Below, piece by piece: positions 38,548-50,209 of a stretch of 64,000 bases of DNA; the stretch's first letter is position 1; every line of letters starts with the position of its first letter. A model generated the notes under the pieces. The model searched no databases and was not told where the DNA came from. It saw nothing but the letters and a program-made list of their open reading frames with translations. This DNA comes from Nymphaea colorata (lineage: Eukaryota). The stretch spans positions 13,950,001 through 14,014,000 of the forward strand of contig NC_045138.2 of assembly GCF_008831285.2 (NCBI RefSeq), given 5' to 3'. The position numbers and the translations under genes are program-made.

Positions 38548-40799
38548 ATCAGTTGATTTTGATTGCCCTTTGTTGTAATAACTTGATAGCCTATTATAAC
38601 TGAATTTTCTCGTCAGGTGCTTTTGCATTGTTTAAACTGCAAGAAGACATCAAAAAGCAATTTAGTACTGAAGAGAACTGTACTGAGGATGATATTCAAG
38701 CTTTTCTTATGTCTAAGAAGGGACTGATGATCAGCTCACTTTGGAAGCTTAATGTTATTGACATTGAAGCTACATTAACACACGTATGTGAAATGGTATG
38801 GTTTCCCATCTCTCAAATTTCCATTTTTAAGGAATCTGTATGGTGGGAATTCCTGTGCACCTTTCAGCATAATGTAAACTTACTGCTAATACCATGGATA
38901 GGAATGAAATGTAACACAAAAGAAATGGTTGCGTTGCACTTACACCATTGGGAAGGATGGAAATACATATCTATTTGGCAAAAAATGGGCAATATGGGCT
39001 CAAGTGCAACAGTAATTTGCGGTTTCATTTAGTCACTCTATCGAAGACCATTGCTTTTAATAAACTGTTAAGCACATATCCTCTTAAAGATAGCACGGCA
39101 TATATCCTCTTAAAGATAGCACGGTCAGCAAAGCTAATCTCACTAGTTAAACTAAGATCCAAATATAGAAGGTACAATGCATGGAGGAACAAAATCACAT
39201 TGTCAAATGCTTTGTTATGGTAAGAGGTACTACATACAGTTGAACAGCAAGAATGCTTTCGCTAATATTCCTCGATGTGCTATCTGTTTTAAGAGCATAA
39301 GTCCCAACACCTTAATTTTTTTTTTTCATGAAACAAGATTGATGACGTCATATATAATTTCTGATTGTGCATACTTTACATGATGGTTTGTGTTCGTCTA
39401 AGTTGATAACTATTTTTTTTTTATAAAGTCAAATCTATTCTCTGACCTATTTTCCTATGGAAGGTTTTACAAGATAATTCCATACGGAAGGATGAATCAA
39501 GAGCAAGAGCTAAGGGACTAAAGATATTGGGGAAGATATTTCAGGTACTTGAGATGTCCTATTTTAGTTTTTTTTTCAGAATGTTTCTGACCAACTTCCA
39601 CTACTCCATCATTTTCATCGTATTTGCAAAGGTGTTGTGAATAATTTGGGGGTTCTGATTGTATCTGGTTAAAGGCTGCTGCGCTTCCTTACATGAGCCT
39701 TTATACTGAACGAACTAAAAACGGAAAAGCTTTTGAGAAAGTCGACCTTATATAGTTCCATCAGATGTTGGTAGTTAGACTTATCTAATATGTTCAGTTC
39801 TTTTAGTTGGAATTCCATTGTGATTTGTTCGACTACGTACTGTGGATGTTTGAATTTATTAAACCATTTTGCTTTTTGATACTTTCGGTAGAATGCAAGG
39901 CGTCCTGACGAGCACAGAAACATGCATGGGCTTGAATTCGACAATGGCTATGCCATATCAAGAACACCACCAAGGGTTTTCAACTCTCCTTGCTACAGTC
40001 CATTAGTAAGTAACATCTAATGCTCAGATTTATGCTTTTCATACACTCATTATATTTTCTGTTTGTTTCTTTAAGAAAATGATGGAAATACTGTACACAA
40101 TTTCCCATGAAAATGGTCTTCATGGTTGTCTCCATCTACTCCTATATGTGCTGGACCTTTGGACGCTTTATTGAAAGGCTTGATTAAGTTACGTGACTTA
40201 CGTCCCATCTTTCCATGTCAACTCTGGAATAACGTTACTGTAGTCTGCCATCTCATTAAATATGTCCATGTAGTGAAATACATTTGTCTGCAATATAATG
40301 CTGAGGAATTCTGGGATATATTTTAGAGTTAATATGTCCATCTTGTGTCTTTTTTTTATATAAAGTCTGACCTTATTTATTTCTTTTAGAGTGAATTTGG
40401 GACTCCTCGATCTGATACTGGGGCTTCCCCAGGCCCTGATTGTTGGACCTCCCCTGGAACTAGAAGTCCATATGAAGACAGAGTAAATGCTGAAGGCAGC
40501 AGAAGCCCTGGGTGTTTCCGCAGTTTCAGGAGTCCAAAGACTTCTCCTAAGCCCTCACCTCCCAGAAGCGATCCCCCCATTCAGGTCCATTTTACCTTCT
40601 TTGTCTAAGTTGACACATGCATTTGTATATATATGAGAAGCAGACATCCCAGTCAAGCTCTCAATAAATTAACTGGATCTTTTAACTAATTGCCTTTAAA
40701 TAACAGAAACTTGGTGGAGCTCTAAGTTGCTTGTGTGGAGCGAGTGTGCTTGATGAGAGGGCGTTATCTTTCGAGTTTGAAAGAAGGTGGATGACATGA
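35956..40799 (+). CDS. DnaJ co-chaperone with J domain and DnaJ-X domain (chaperone protein dnaJ 10-like)
   Basis: Inferred exons: 35956-36045, 36829-36888, 37018-37100, 37395-37554, 38091-38220, 38301-38459, 38617-38795, 39464-39544, 39892-40005, 40390-40584, 40707-40799. J domain [42 protein letters not shown]-domain motifs [39 protein letters not shown]. The last three exons are less certain. Confidence 0.9.
37562..37793. repeat. Perfect tandem duplication (115 bp x2) in DnaJ intron 4
   Basis: ATGATGGACTAATTG...TTTTCCTATATA starts at 37562 and again at 37677. Confidence 0.9.
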
Positions 40800-42443
40800 A
40801 GATAAAATCAGAACCATGGGTCCAAGCTACTGGGTGACCCAGCATCTTTCCATTGTTGAGGCACCTCTTCATGTTAAAATTTTTTCTTTACGCAGATGTC
40901 TGTAGAGTTGCTGTTCTATCAATCAGATGTATATCTATTATTATTCTATAACATTCTCATCAATCAAATGAAAGCTGTCCTTTTCTTCTCATGACTTCTA
41001 CTGAACCTTGACTGGAACCTTTTCTCTTTGAACCTTTGATCTCCTTTAACGTAAAGGTGTTGAGTTTGGTTCCCTAGACAGAATCCACGTTTGTTGCTTG
41101 GGCATGATTTATTCGTCAAGTTAATAAAGAATTAATGCCAAGATCATTACTAACATAGAAAATATGGAATATTTTTCAAACTTCCCAATTCCAACTATGA
41201 AGGGACTTGCTATCATTCCTACACCAACATCATGCATCACGTTGACTCAATCATCTGTTGTTCACTTCTGGGGAGAGTCCGCTACTGTGGAAATAAAGCT
41301 GGCCTTTGGTTGTTGAGATTAACTTTTTTCTGGAAAATCTTAAAAAAAAATCAAGAAAACGCAAAGTTTGGTTTGAGGATTGTGAATAATAAAGTTAAAC
41401 AACCTGTTAAACTAAATAACCATATTTTTAAAGTGCCAATTAATTGTTAAGCTTTATTTATTTACGTCAAGGATAATATTTTTCCGACAAGATTACATAG
41501 ATATGCATATTACCGATCGAAAATGCTTACGTTCCTCCATCGAGATTTCATGTAATTGCGACTGCCACTTTGTGCCTAACACTTGAAGCAGTCAGGGTTC
41601 CCACCTCGATCTTCTGCATGCAATTTGACAGCTCCATCTGATGAAAGCGCCTACTTTTTCTTGCAGATGCTTTCTCACCAAACAAGTTCTCGCGTTCATT
41701 TCTTCATGAGATTGATCATTCCCAATAATCGGTGAAGGAAGTATTTTTAGTTTAAGCCTTAAAAGTTCCAAATTTGCCATAACTTTTAACGAACCCTCAC
41801 ATTTGTGACTTTTTTCTTTTAATGTATCTGATCAACATTCTGGGCATTAAAGACCTCATCAAGATTTTAGCTCATTAGCTCTAGTAATCAATTGTATTCT
41901 CCATTAAACTAACCACGCCAATACGTCTGAGAAGCTAAGAATTTCGTCCAAGTTTTTCCTAATAAAAAGGTGGTTTGATCTTAAATTCATGGATCTAAGA
42001 TCCTAAGATCACCTCCTATCTGAAATTCGCGGTAAAACAAACATAACAGAAAACTCTGGTCCATGGGCAATTGGGCATGTTCCTTTGGAGGAAAAATTTT
42101 AAGCGCAGCTTGAGTTTCTCTTAAAATGGGTGAGGGACACACACACACACCCTGTCTCTCTTGTGATAGCCCCTTGCCATATTAGATGAGTTGCCCCGCT
42201 GGTCGGAGATCCTTCACTGGATTCTCTGTGCTGGTTCGAGTTTAATGGGTTTCCCCCTCCAACAATTTTCCATGGCATTGCTTGGCGAGTCTGACTCATT
42301 TGAGTTAGAAAAGAGAAACAGATCGGTTCTGAATCATGTAAATTACACACCCGGATCCGAACCATGGAAGCGGGAAAAAGTGAAAGCCCCAGCCCCTTCC
42401 ATCCCCTAGATCGCGGGATCGCTCGGGTCGCTGTCCGGCGAAA

Positions 42444-42749
42444 ATGGCGACAGCGCCACCGTCGCCCCGCGGCGGCGGATACGGGCTGGGGCTAGCGGCG
42501 ATTGCGTATGTGACGGTGGATTACCTCCGGGAGGTGTCACCGTCGTTGCACTCGACGCTGCAGCCGCTGCTATGGGGGCGCTGGCGCTGGCAGCCGTGGT
42601 CCGCGTGCCCTTCTACCGTCACTGGGACGCAGAGCTCCGGGCGGCGATCCCATTCGTCGCGTCCCTCCTGTTTATGCTCTCATCTCTTCTCGTGGAGGCC
42701 TTCGCTGTGCAGTTCGTCACCGCCGTCCTCGGCCTTGATTGGCACAGGT

Positions 42750-42781
<32 letters not shown>

Positions 42782-45700
42782 TCAGGGAAAAATTGGATGA
42801 TCACGCGTTCCATCAGTGGAAATGGGAACTTCTCCGTGGGTCAAAAGGTTTCGTGCTGTGAATCGCAAGAAGTTTGTGTACCATAGGAAATGGAAAAAAC
42901 AAAAAAGCATACTTGTGGACTGGGGTTAGGGTTTCCAATTGGCCTTTTTTCACAGAATGTGGTTGTCATTGGCTAAGACTCGACTCTAGGAAGCGTGATT
43001 TTGGGGAATGAATTGAATGAACTCCTTGGTTCGGCGAATTCGAAAGTTAGACGAGCTTTTCGGTAGTTCCCTGTCATTGCTTGTAATGGATTTCGAAATG
43101 TGGGTGCAGTTAGGCAAGATTTCTACTGGGCTTCGTATTTCTTTTTGCCCGTCGATCTAGATGCGAGCTAACTTAAGTGCGGGTGTTAATGAGAACTCGA
43201 AAATGGACGATTTCTGGGCAAACTTCGTATAATTAGATGACAATAGGTCACAGATTTTTTCTTAGGCGAGGACAGGATTCATATTCGAGCTGGCAATCTT
43301 CAGTTCATGACCATGTTAGATCTGCCTTTTGCCCTTCTATCCTTTTGCTTCCCGCCTTTCCTTTTGATCCTGGCCGAGGTTGGTTGGTTAGGATGAAACC
43401 AGAAACCTCACTTGTTAAGTATTCAGAGCGTGGTTCACAAGTTGGAGCTACGGTCTTCATCTCTTTAAATCATCACATTGACCTTCGAATCATTCTACAG
43501 ATTTCCAGTACACCAACACAGACATACACTTAGAAGTGGTATTAATGGTTATGGCGTTGGTCAACGGCGGTCTTGAATTATTGATCACCACACATGACAC
43601 ACGTACACCTCGGGTCCGGCTCATAAACGCCCAATATCAGTTGTTTGACAGGCGTTGGTGATGGGAGATTAGCAGTAATCTGACACGTCATTCAGGTTCT
43701 TGGTTGAAACAGAGGCTCGTTGAACTTTCTTTTCAACAAGCCAGTCTGAGCTCATTTTATCCTGCTTGTGCTTGAGCCAGAATGTAAGCCTAATGATCTG
43801 AGTTGAAGTCCCGAGCTTGACTTTTGTGGATCATGAATCAATCTTGCTTGTGATCGAAGACATCATGTTCATTTTTTTCTCTGAACTGTGAATTTGAAAA
43901 TATTGTATGTACTGTAGGCCTAAACATTTTTTGTTTCCGTTCTTGATGTGAAAAAATAGAAGGTGACGACAGTGACATAGATTTTCTCAATTGACAGGAC
44001 TGCCGCTCCTCTTCCTGACACAGGCCAGTGGCTGTTTCTGGCACTGAATGAGAAGCTTCCTCCTTTTGTTGTGGAAATATTAAGAGCTCACATCATTGGT
44101 CTACACCATTACTTGATGCTGTTCTTGATGCTAGCATTCTCTGTCTTATTTGAATCTGTTAAAGCTCCTGGCCTGGGAATTGGTGCTAGATATATGTTCA
44201 CGATGGCTGTCGGTCGGCTTATACGTGTGTTGACATTTATCTCCACAATTCTTCCTTCAGCACGCCCTTGGTGTGCTTCCGCTCGCTTCAGAGTCCCTCG
44301 TCATCCTCATCCGTGGGCCCAAAAATATTATGTACCATATGCCTCTGACGCAAATGCTATTCGTCAACTACTGTATACTGACACAAACCAGGGTAAGCTT
44401 GAGAGTTGACCATAGGTTTTACAGACGGTTCTTTTCTTTTTCTTCCTTTCAGACGATGATGCATGTTCTTTCTCTTCCTTTGCCTCCTTGCATTTCCTTT
44501 CTCAGCACAAGCTGGTGAGTACCCGCCCGATTACCGACCAAATTGGGGATCAATGAGCTTCCTGATTGATATATTGAGGCCAACTGCTGCTGCGGAAGGC
44601 ACATCATGGTTCAGCACCCTCAAGAGAGCAGGAGGTGGCTGCAATGACCTTGTTTATAGTGGCCACATGTTTATTGCCGTGCTGACTGCAATGACATGGA
44701 CAGTACGTATTTTGTTCATTACTTCTGCAAATTTTAATTTCTAAAGCTGATGTAGCTAAGCAATTTGGCGTGCCAAGGGCTGGTGATTGTGATATCATGT
44801 ATGTAATAGTAATACGATGTTCAGTCACCAAGTTCTTGTGAATGTAGCCCAAACTACACTTGGTCAACTGAAGTGTCCAAAACCCTAGTTTGTATGATTG
44901 AGGCCCCCTTCAGTATCATGCCGTGGTGACATGATTTTTTGTTTCCCGCATTTCTGTTTTGTTTGGCAAGGTAGAGTTCGTTCTTTTTATTTAAAGATTA
45001 AACATAAAAGTGATCCCTTTGTCATGCCCAAAAGAAAAAAAAAAAAAAAAAGAAGAATCTGAGGTGTGTTAAGATTAAAATATACTGGTAGACGGTGTCC
45101 AAGGAATTTTCCATGAATATGGATTTCTATCTGCATTGGGGTTATAAGCATCTTCTAGTCAAGCTAAACTTTATGATTTGAGTTTCACTCACTGTCGTAG
45201 ATATCGCGAGATTTTCGATAATCTCATGATATTTACGAGGAGAATGGCAAAATCTTCGCCGAAGGAAAAATCTAGCAATTTTTTCATGATTTTTCCAAGT
45301 GTTTCGAGGTTTTTTAATTTTTAGGATTTTTTTAATGATTTTTAGGATTTTTTAATTTTTAAAAATTTGCCAAGATTTTGCTGAGACTTTCCCGAGAAGA
45401 GTAACTTCACTGAAAATTACTAAAGAAAGCTCTGGCGATTTTTTTCCGAAAATGATATTTGTGACAATGGTTTCACTTGAACAATCGGCTTTATCCATTG
45501 AAAGAAGGGTCCAGTATAACATAGAAATTTTTTATGCTATGGTTGTTCATGTGTCTGAAAGAAAATTTTGATGAGGTGGAAAAGATGTTTCGATGTCAAA
45601 GGGGTCATTTCTCCTGCTGCATTAGTTTATTCTTCTCATTCTGAAAGATGCTTAATTGCTTCCTCTTGATTTAACCTGATATGATAAGCCTTTTGACAAA

Positions 45701-46336
45701 TCATATTCAGGGCATAGCATATCCACAAGCATTTGCAAATTTCAATGTTGCATTTGAAATTTTAAATCAGATAAGTGTGATTTGCGTCCAACTGTGGAGT
45801 GTTTTCTTCTTGTAGTATTCGTAACAAAATTGCAGCAGTCGTTGGAGTCGAACGGATACATTTACTTTGTGCTTTGGACATCTATCTAAGGTTTATTGGT
45901 AACTATATATTTTGTCTGGTGTTGCTACTCTTATTGACAGGAAGCATATGGAGGATGGACATCTGCCATTATCTGGATGCTAGTGCTGCACAGCGCACAA
46001 AGAGAAATTCGAGAGCGACATCACTATAGTGTTGATTGTATCGTTGCCATCTATGTGGGTGTTCTCTTATGGAGGTTGACAGGATTTATCTGGTCTGCCA
46101 AAGATGCAGCGAGACTGAAAAGATTGGCTAAGCTTGACGAGGTCCAAGGTAGGCTGATTCAAGCTGCCAAGGATGCAGACTTGGGTGAGATCAGGGAGTT
46201 AATAGAAGAGGTTGAGCGTGCGGGTCAGGATGGAAGAAAATCTTCCAAGCGGATGATATGGGCTTTTGCCTCTTTCACCATCATCATCTCCCTTGGACTT
46301 GGCCTCCTTGCCTTCACATGGACAACAGATGGGTAA
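42444..46336 (+). CDS. PLM: PHLOEM UNLOADING MODULATOR-like protein (sphingomyelin-synthase-like / PAP2_C family); apparent 1-nt frameshift in exon 1
   Basis: Exons 42444-42747, 43998-44392, 44506-44702, 45941-46336. Motifs GLGLAAIAYV.VDYLR, ELRAAIPF, VTAVLGLDWHR, PLPDTGQW, LPSARPWCASARF, GGGCNDLVYSGHM, RHHYSVDCIVAIY and C-terminal TTDG match the PLM family as I recall it. The frame switches at the G5 run at 42574-42578. Confidence 0.88.
45190..45469. mobile_element. hAT-type MITE in PLM intron 3
   Basis: TIRs CACTGTCGTAGATATC / GATATTTGTGACAATG, with a perfect 8-bp TSD GTTTCACT (45182-45189 and 45470-45477). Confidence 0.85.
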
Positions 46337-47299
46337 GAAATTACCACTACTGTATACTTGCGGAAAGAGAATCGCTTGTTCTAGTTACCCTTATGTATTG
46401 TTGATCATCTTCTCTTTTAAAAAGCTTCAAAATTGAAGGATTCGTATGTCATGCTTTTGCAGTATATCGTTTCCATTGTTTTGCTTTAGATATTATAAAA
46501 GACCGCCTGCAGACTCCCCACCTGCAGCTATGTTGCATGGCAGGAAGATGCTCGAATCCCACTATCAGTTTGGAATGCTTGCGCAAATCAATCATATTAT
46601 CAGCACGCGTGAACAACGAAAATGAAAAGGTTTAAACCTTAAATCACCATGGTGGGAAATACTGTTAATTGCATTAACATAAAATAGTATTTCACTAAGA
46701 CATTCCGAACTTTTGAAGGAACAGCAAAATCGGTCATATTGTTTGAATATTTTACATTTAGTTGCTTAAAATGAAGGTACATGTCACCCAAAATGGCATC
46801 TTAATGAAAACTTTTGAAATGTCGAGTGCTTTTTTCTCTTCCCAATGAAGGTTAGGCTGCATTCTGTCAAACTGTAGGGCCCATTTGTTAATGAGAACAC
46901 GAACTTACCGTCCCATGGTTTTACCCAATAAATTTGAACAGATTCATGGAGTAGTGTTTCGTGAATCTGCCTTAATTTTCAGGGCAGATATATGAAACAT
47001 TGTGTTACTGTTCCCATTGCCATACAGGCCTTTCTGGTCGAGAAATTTTTATTATATGGGCACAGTTCTCCTCATAATTGGGTCCTGTATGCAAGAAAAT
47101 GGTAGGCCAAATCAGGCTTGTAGGGAACTATTATTTTCTGTTATAGCTTTTTGAAGACAATGCTCCGCCTTAGTAAGACGAAACCGTGAGAAAACTAAGA
47201 CAAGGTGATAACTTGAACACGTATCCACCTCCGCTGCTCTCTATCGCCTTTTTTTTTACGTCTTTTGCACTAAAATAGATACTAGATTAGCACTTAGGT

Positions 47300-47725
47300 C
47301 GACCGGCATTAGTTCAGGCCTTCACCATGAGCATAGACGATTCGTTTATTAAGCAAGTTGAGTTCAAGCCAATTAGGTTAAGTTGACATATTAAATGGGT
47401 TGAGCATAAGTTGTATTACGCAACTCGTGTGAGCTCGATTAGAATTGATATGAACATCAGATATATATTACAGAATGATAACAGAAATTTTTTCTGGTCT
47501 AACGAGCATTCTCTTGGGTATTCGGCTTGAGATCTCACCATGTTCTCCGTTTCGAATGTGCTTTTTTGTATTCAATTCATAGCTGTATCGTTCCAATTTT
47601 ATCGGATGTCTCCCAAAAAACTATTCAACTCATAGCTGGCTTGGCTGGAGCTCGGTTGAGACGAGTTCGAGTTTTGTTGAGCTTGACCAAGCTGAGCTCG
47701 AGCTGTAAGGTTTGAGTTTGACCTG
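47300..47725. mobile_element. Degenerate MITE-like repeat (GAGCTCG-rich)
   Basis: Clustered GAGCTCG/TTCGAG motifs. A similar tract lies in the opposite orientation at ~57700-57840. Boundaries are approximate. Confidence 0.35.
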
Positions 47726-50209
47726 CTTCCGGGCACTCAAAACCTGGTTTTTGTCGTGCCCAACCAAACATACAGATCATTTTTTGTTTAAACGAATTGG
47801 TTTTTACAAAACCAGGTTTTAACAAAATCCACTTTTGCAAGGTGTCATCCAAACTCTACCTTAAAACAATTTTTTTCCCTTTTGAATTGAGGGTGAATTC
47901 TGATAAGAAGAGACGACACCAAGAGAAAGCCCAATTGGCATCTGAGTTGTTCTACGCATCGAAAGAAATTATGCTTTGAACAATCAACAATCAATATTCT
48001 AAGCATAGAAGAGTGGTAGATAGAAGCCATGTGGGAGACGGAAACATAAAAATGTCGTCAGAATAAATCCACGTTCAACATTTCCATGGCCGTCGTAGAC
48101 TTTTTCAATAAATAAACGTGTTGGCTGTCCAAACATAGACCAGTAAATAGATGGTGACGAAGTAAAAGGACCTTACTTCGGTCCGCGCTCGGAAACATAA
48201 AATAAAAAAACGTAAATAACTTGTCATAAGTTTCTCTTCCTTGAAACCAATTAATCTTTTTTCACAAAAAAAGAAATCCAATTCATAGGAAATGATCAGG
48301 AATCGAGTGGGAAGAACTTTGCTTCCTTACTCGACTGAAGTGCAGTTTCTTGAAATTGCTTCAAGGAAAATGAGTGAATAAGAGTTGCTTAATAAAAGTT
48401 AATACCCAAGCTGCTGCCCATCAACCGACGATTCTCATACAAGGTGACTGAAAGGTGCCATTAATGGAGTGACCATGACTGTTAGATAGCTTCATAATCG
48501 TTTGCCCACAGACAAAGCCTGAAAGAAAAGGCCCGTCTAACCTTCAAGGGTTGCAGGAAGCATGGCTATTTATAAAGTTTGGTATTAGCTACAATTCAAC
48601 GATACAGTAGAGAACGGTAGTGGCAGCTACCTTGCCTTTCAGGTTCAGCTATCTTGGGCAGGCAGCCTTCAGTGGAACCAACACTATCGATTTAAATCCA
48701 AGAAACATTAGCGACCAGTTTCTGTCAGTATATCCTAAACGAATGTCCGTTTGTTTTTCTCAAGCTTATGCATGAATCTTGGCCATATTTTTTGGCCTTC
48801 AGAAACCATGATGAAAGGATTGGCCGCTCACCAAATGTGTTTTAAGTTTAGATTTTGGAGTTCGTTCAACGAAATATTTTAGAAATGACTTGAGATCCAT
48901 TCAAAAATGTGAAGTTTTGAACATGGTGTAACCCATGTGTTTAAGTTTAACCTTCTTCCACTTAGTTTTATATCTAATCCAGAAATTCAAACATGAAAGT
49001 TATTCAAATTCAAGCGTGTCTTTTTGTTGCACTTCAAAAAAGTTGAGTGTGTTCTTGTAGAATTCTTGGACACTCACTGAATTTGCTCCTTCTACTAGTT
49101 CATATATGTGCAAGCATTCTGAACAGGCCCAAGCTTTTCATTGGACCTTATCCAACTAGAGTAGGCTGGGCCAGGACAGAATCTGTGGATAAAGACCACG
49201 ACGTGTCGCTTACTCAATGGAACGGTGAAGACGCGAATCTTGGATTCATGTAGAAATATCTGATTCACTTCAGTTGGTTTTGGTTACCAAAATGGGTGGC
49301 AGATCCAGCAAATCCGGTTTCGAATTCAAATCCAACTAAAGTCTGAAGTGATGACAGATCCGAGTAAACTCTTTAGTGTTCTAGATTTAGTGCTCATTCA
49401 ATTCATCGGACTCTGATCCGGTAGAAGTCGAGAGTGCTTAGATTTGAAAATGGATCCGGACCTACGCCGATCTGCTTTCAAGGGGAACAAATATCTCGAA
49501 CTCAGAAAACATCAAACACGATCTCCACCGAAACAGAACAAGACGAGGAGGAGCATGTGTGGTTAGGTGGCGGATTATGCTCCACGCGGCCCCAGAAATC
49601 TGGAGAACCTTTACCTTTTGATAATTGGAAAAGAATCTAATTGCAGCCGACCTCCCAATTTCTCACATATTCACAATACCGTCCCTTTCCAACTTGTTTG
49701 TTTCTGCATTAACAAAAGTGTTCGTTCACCTACTTTTTTCTTTTAATCCCATGAACACCTCTTGAATCTTTTAATCTCATGAATGATTTGCCATATTTTT
49801 CAAAAAAGACAATAATTAGTCTGTGGTTGGCATCTTTTGTTATCGCTTTGCAATTTTTTCCAACAAATCCTTCAGTTGTTTTTGGACCATAACGTATCTA
49901 TCTAAACTTTTCGGATTTTATTAGGTTTGTATATATTGTCCTAAAACGTTAGTTAGTTCTATTTTTTTTTAGGAAGAGATTTTCTTTAGTACCAAAGTAT
50001 TTTTCATTTGCAAAAGGAACGACGAGGGAACCAAAGCAGCCGCATGTTCAAGAATAGGAAAAGAAACATCGTTCGGACGTTAAAAATAAATAAAAAGAAG
50101 AGGAAGATTGTATATATATCGACTATCGTCCTCGTTTCCGTTGCGAAGCACACGCCCTCTTTCTCTCGGCTTCCTGGTCCCGGAGTTCGAAGGAGGACAT
50201 CGTTAAAAG

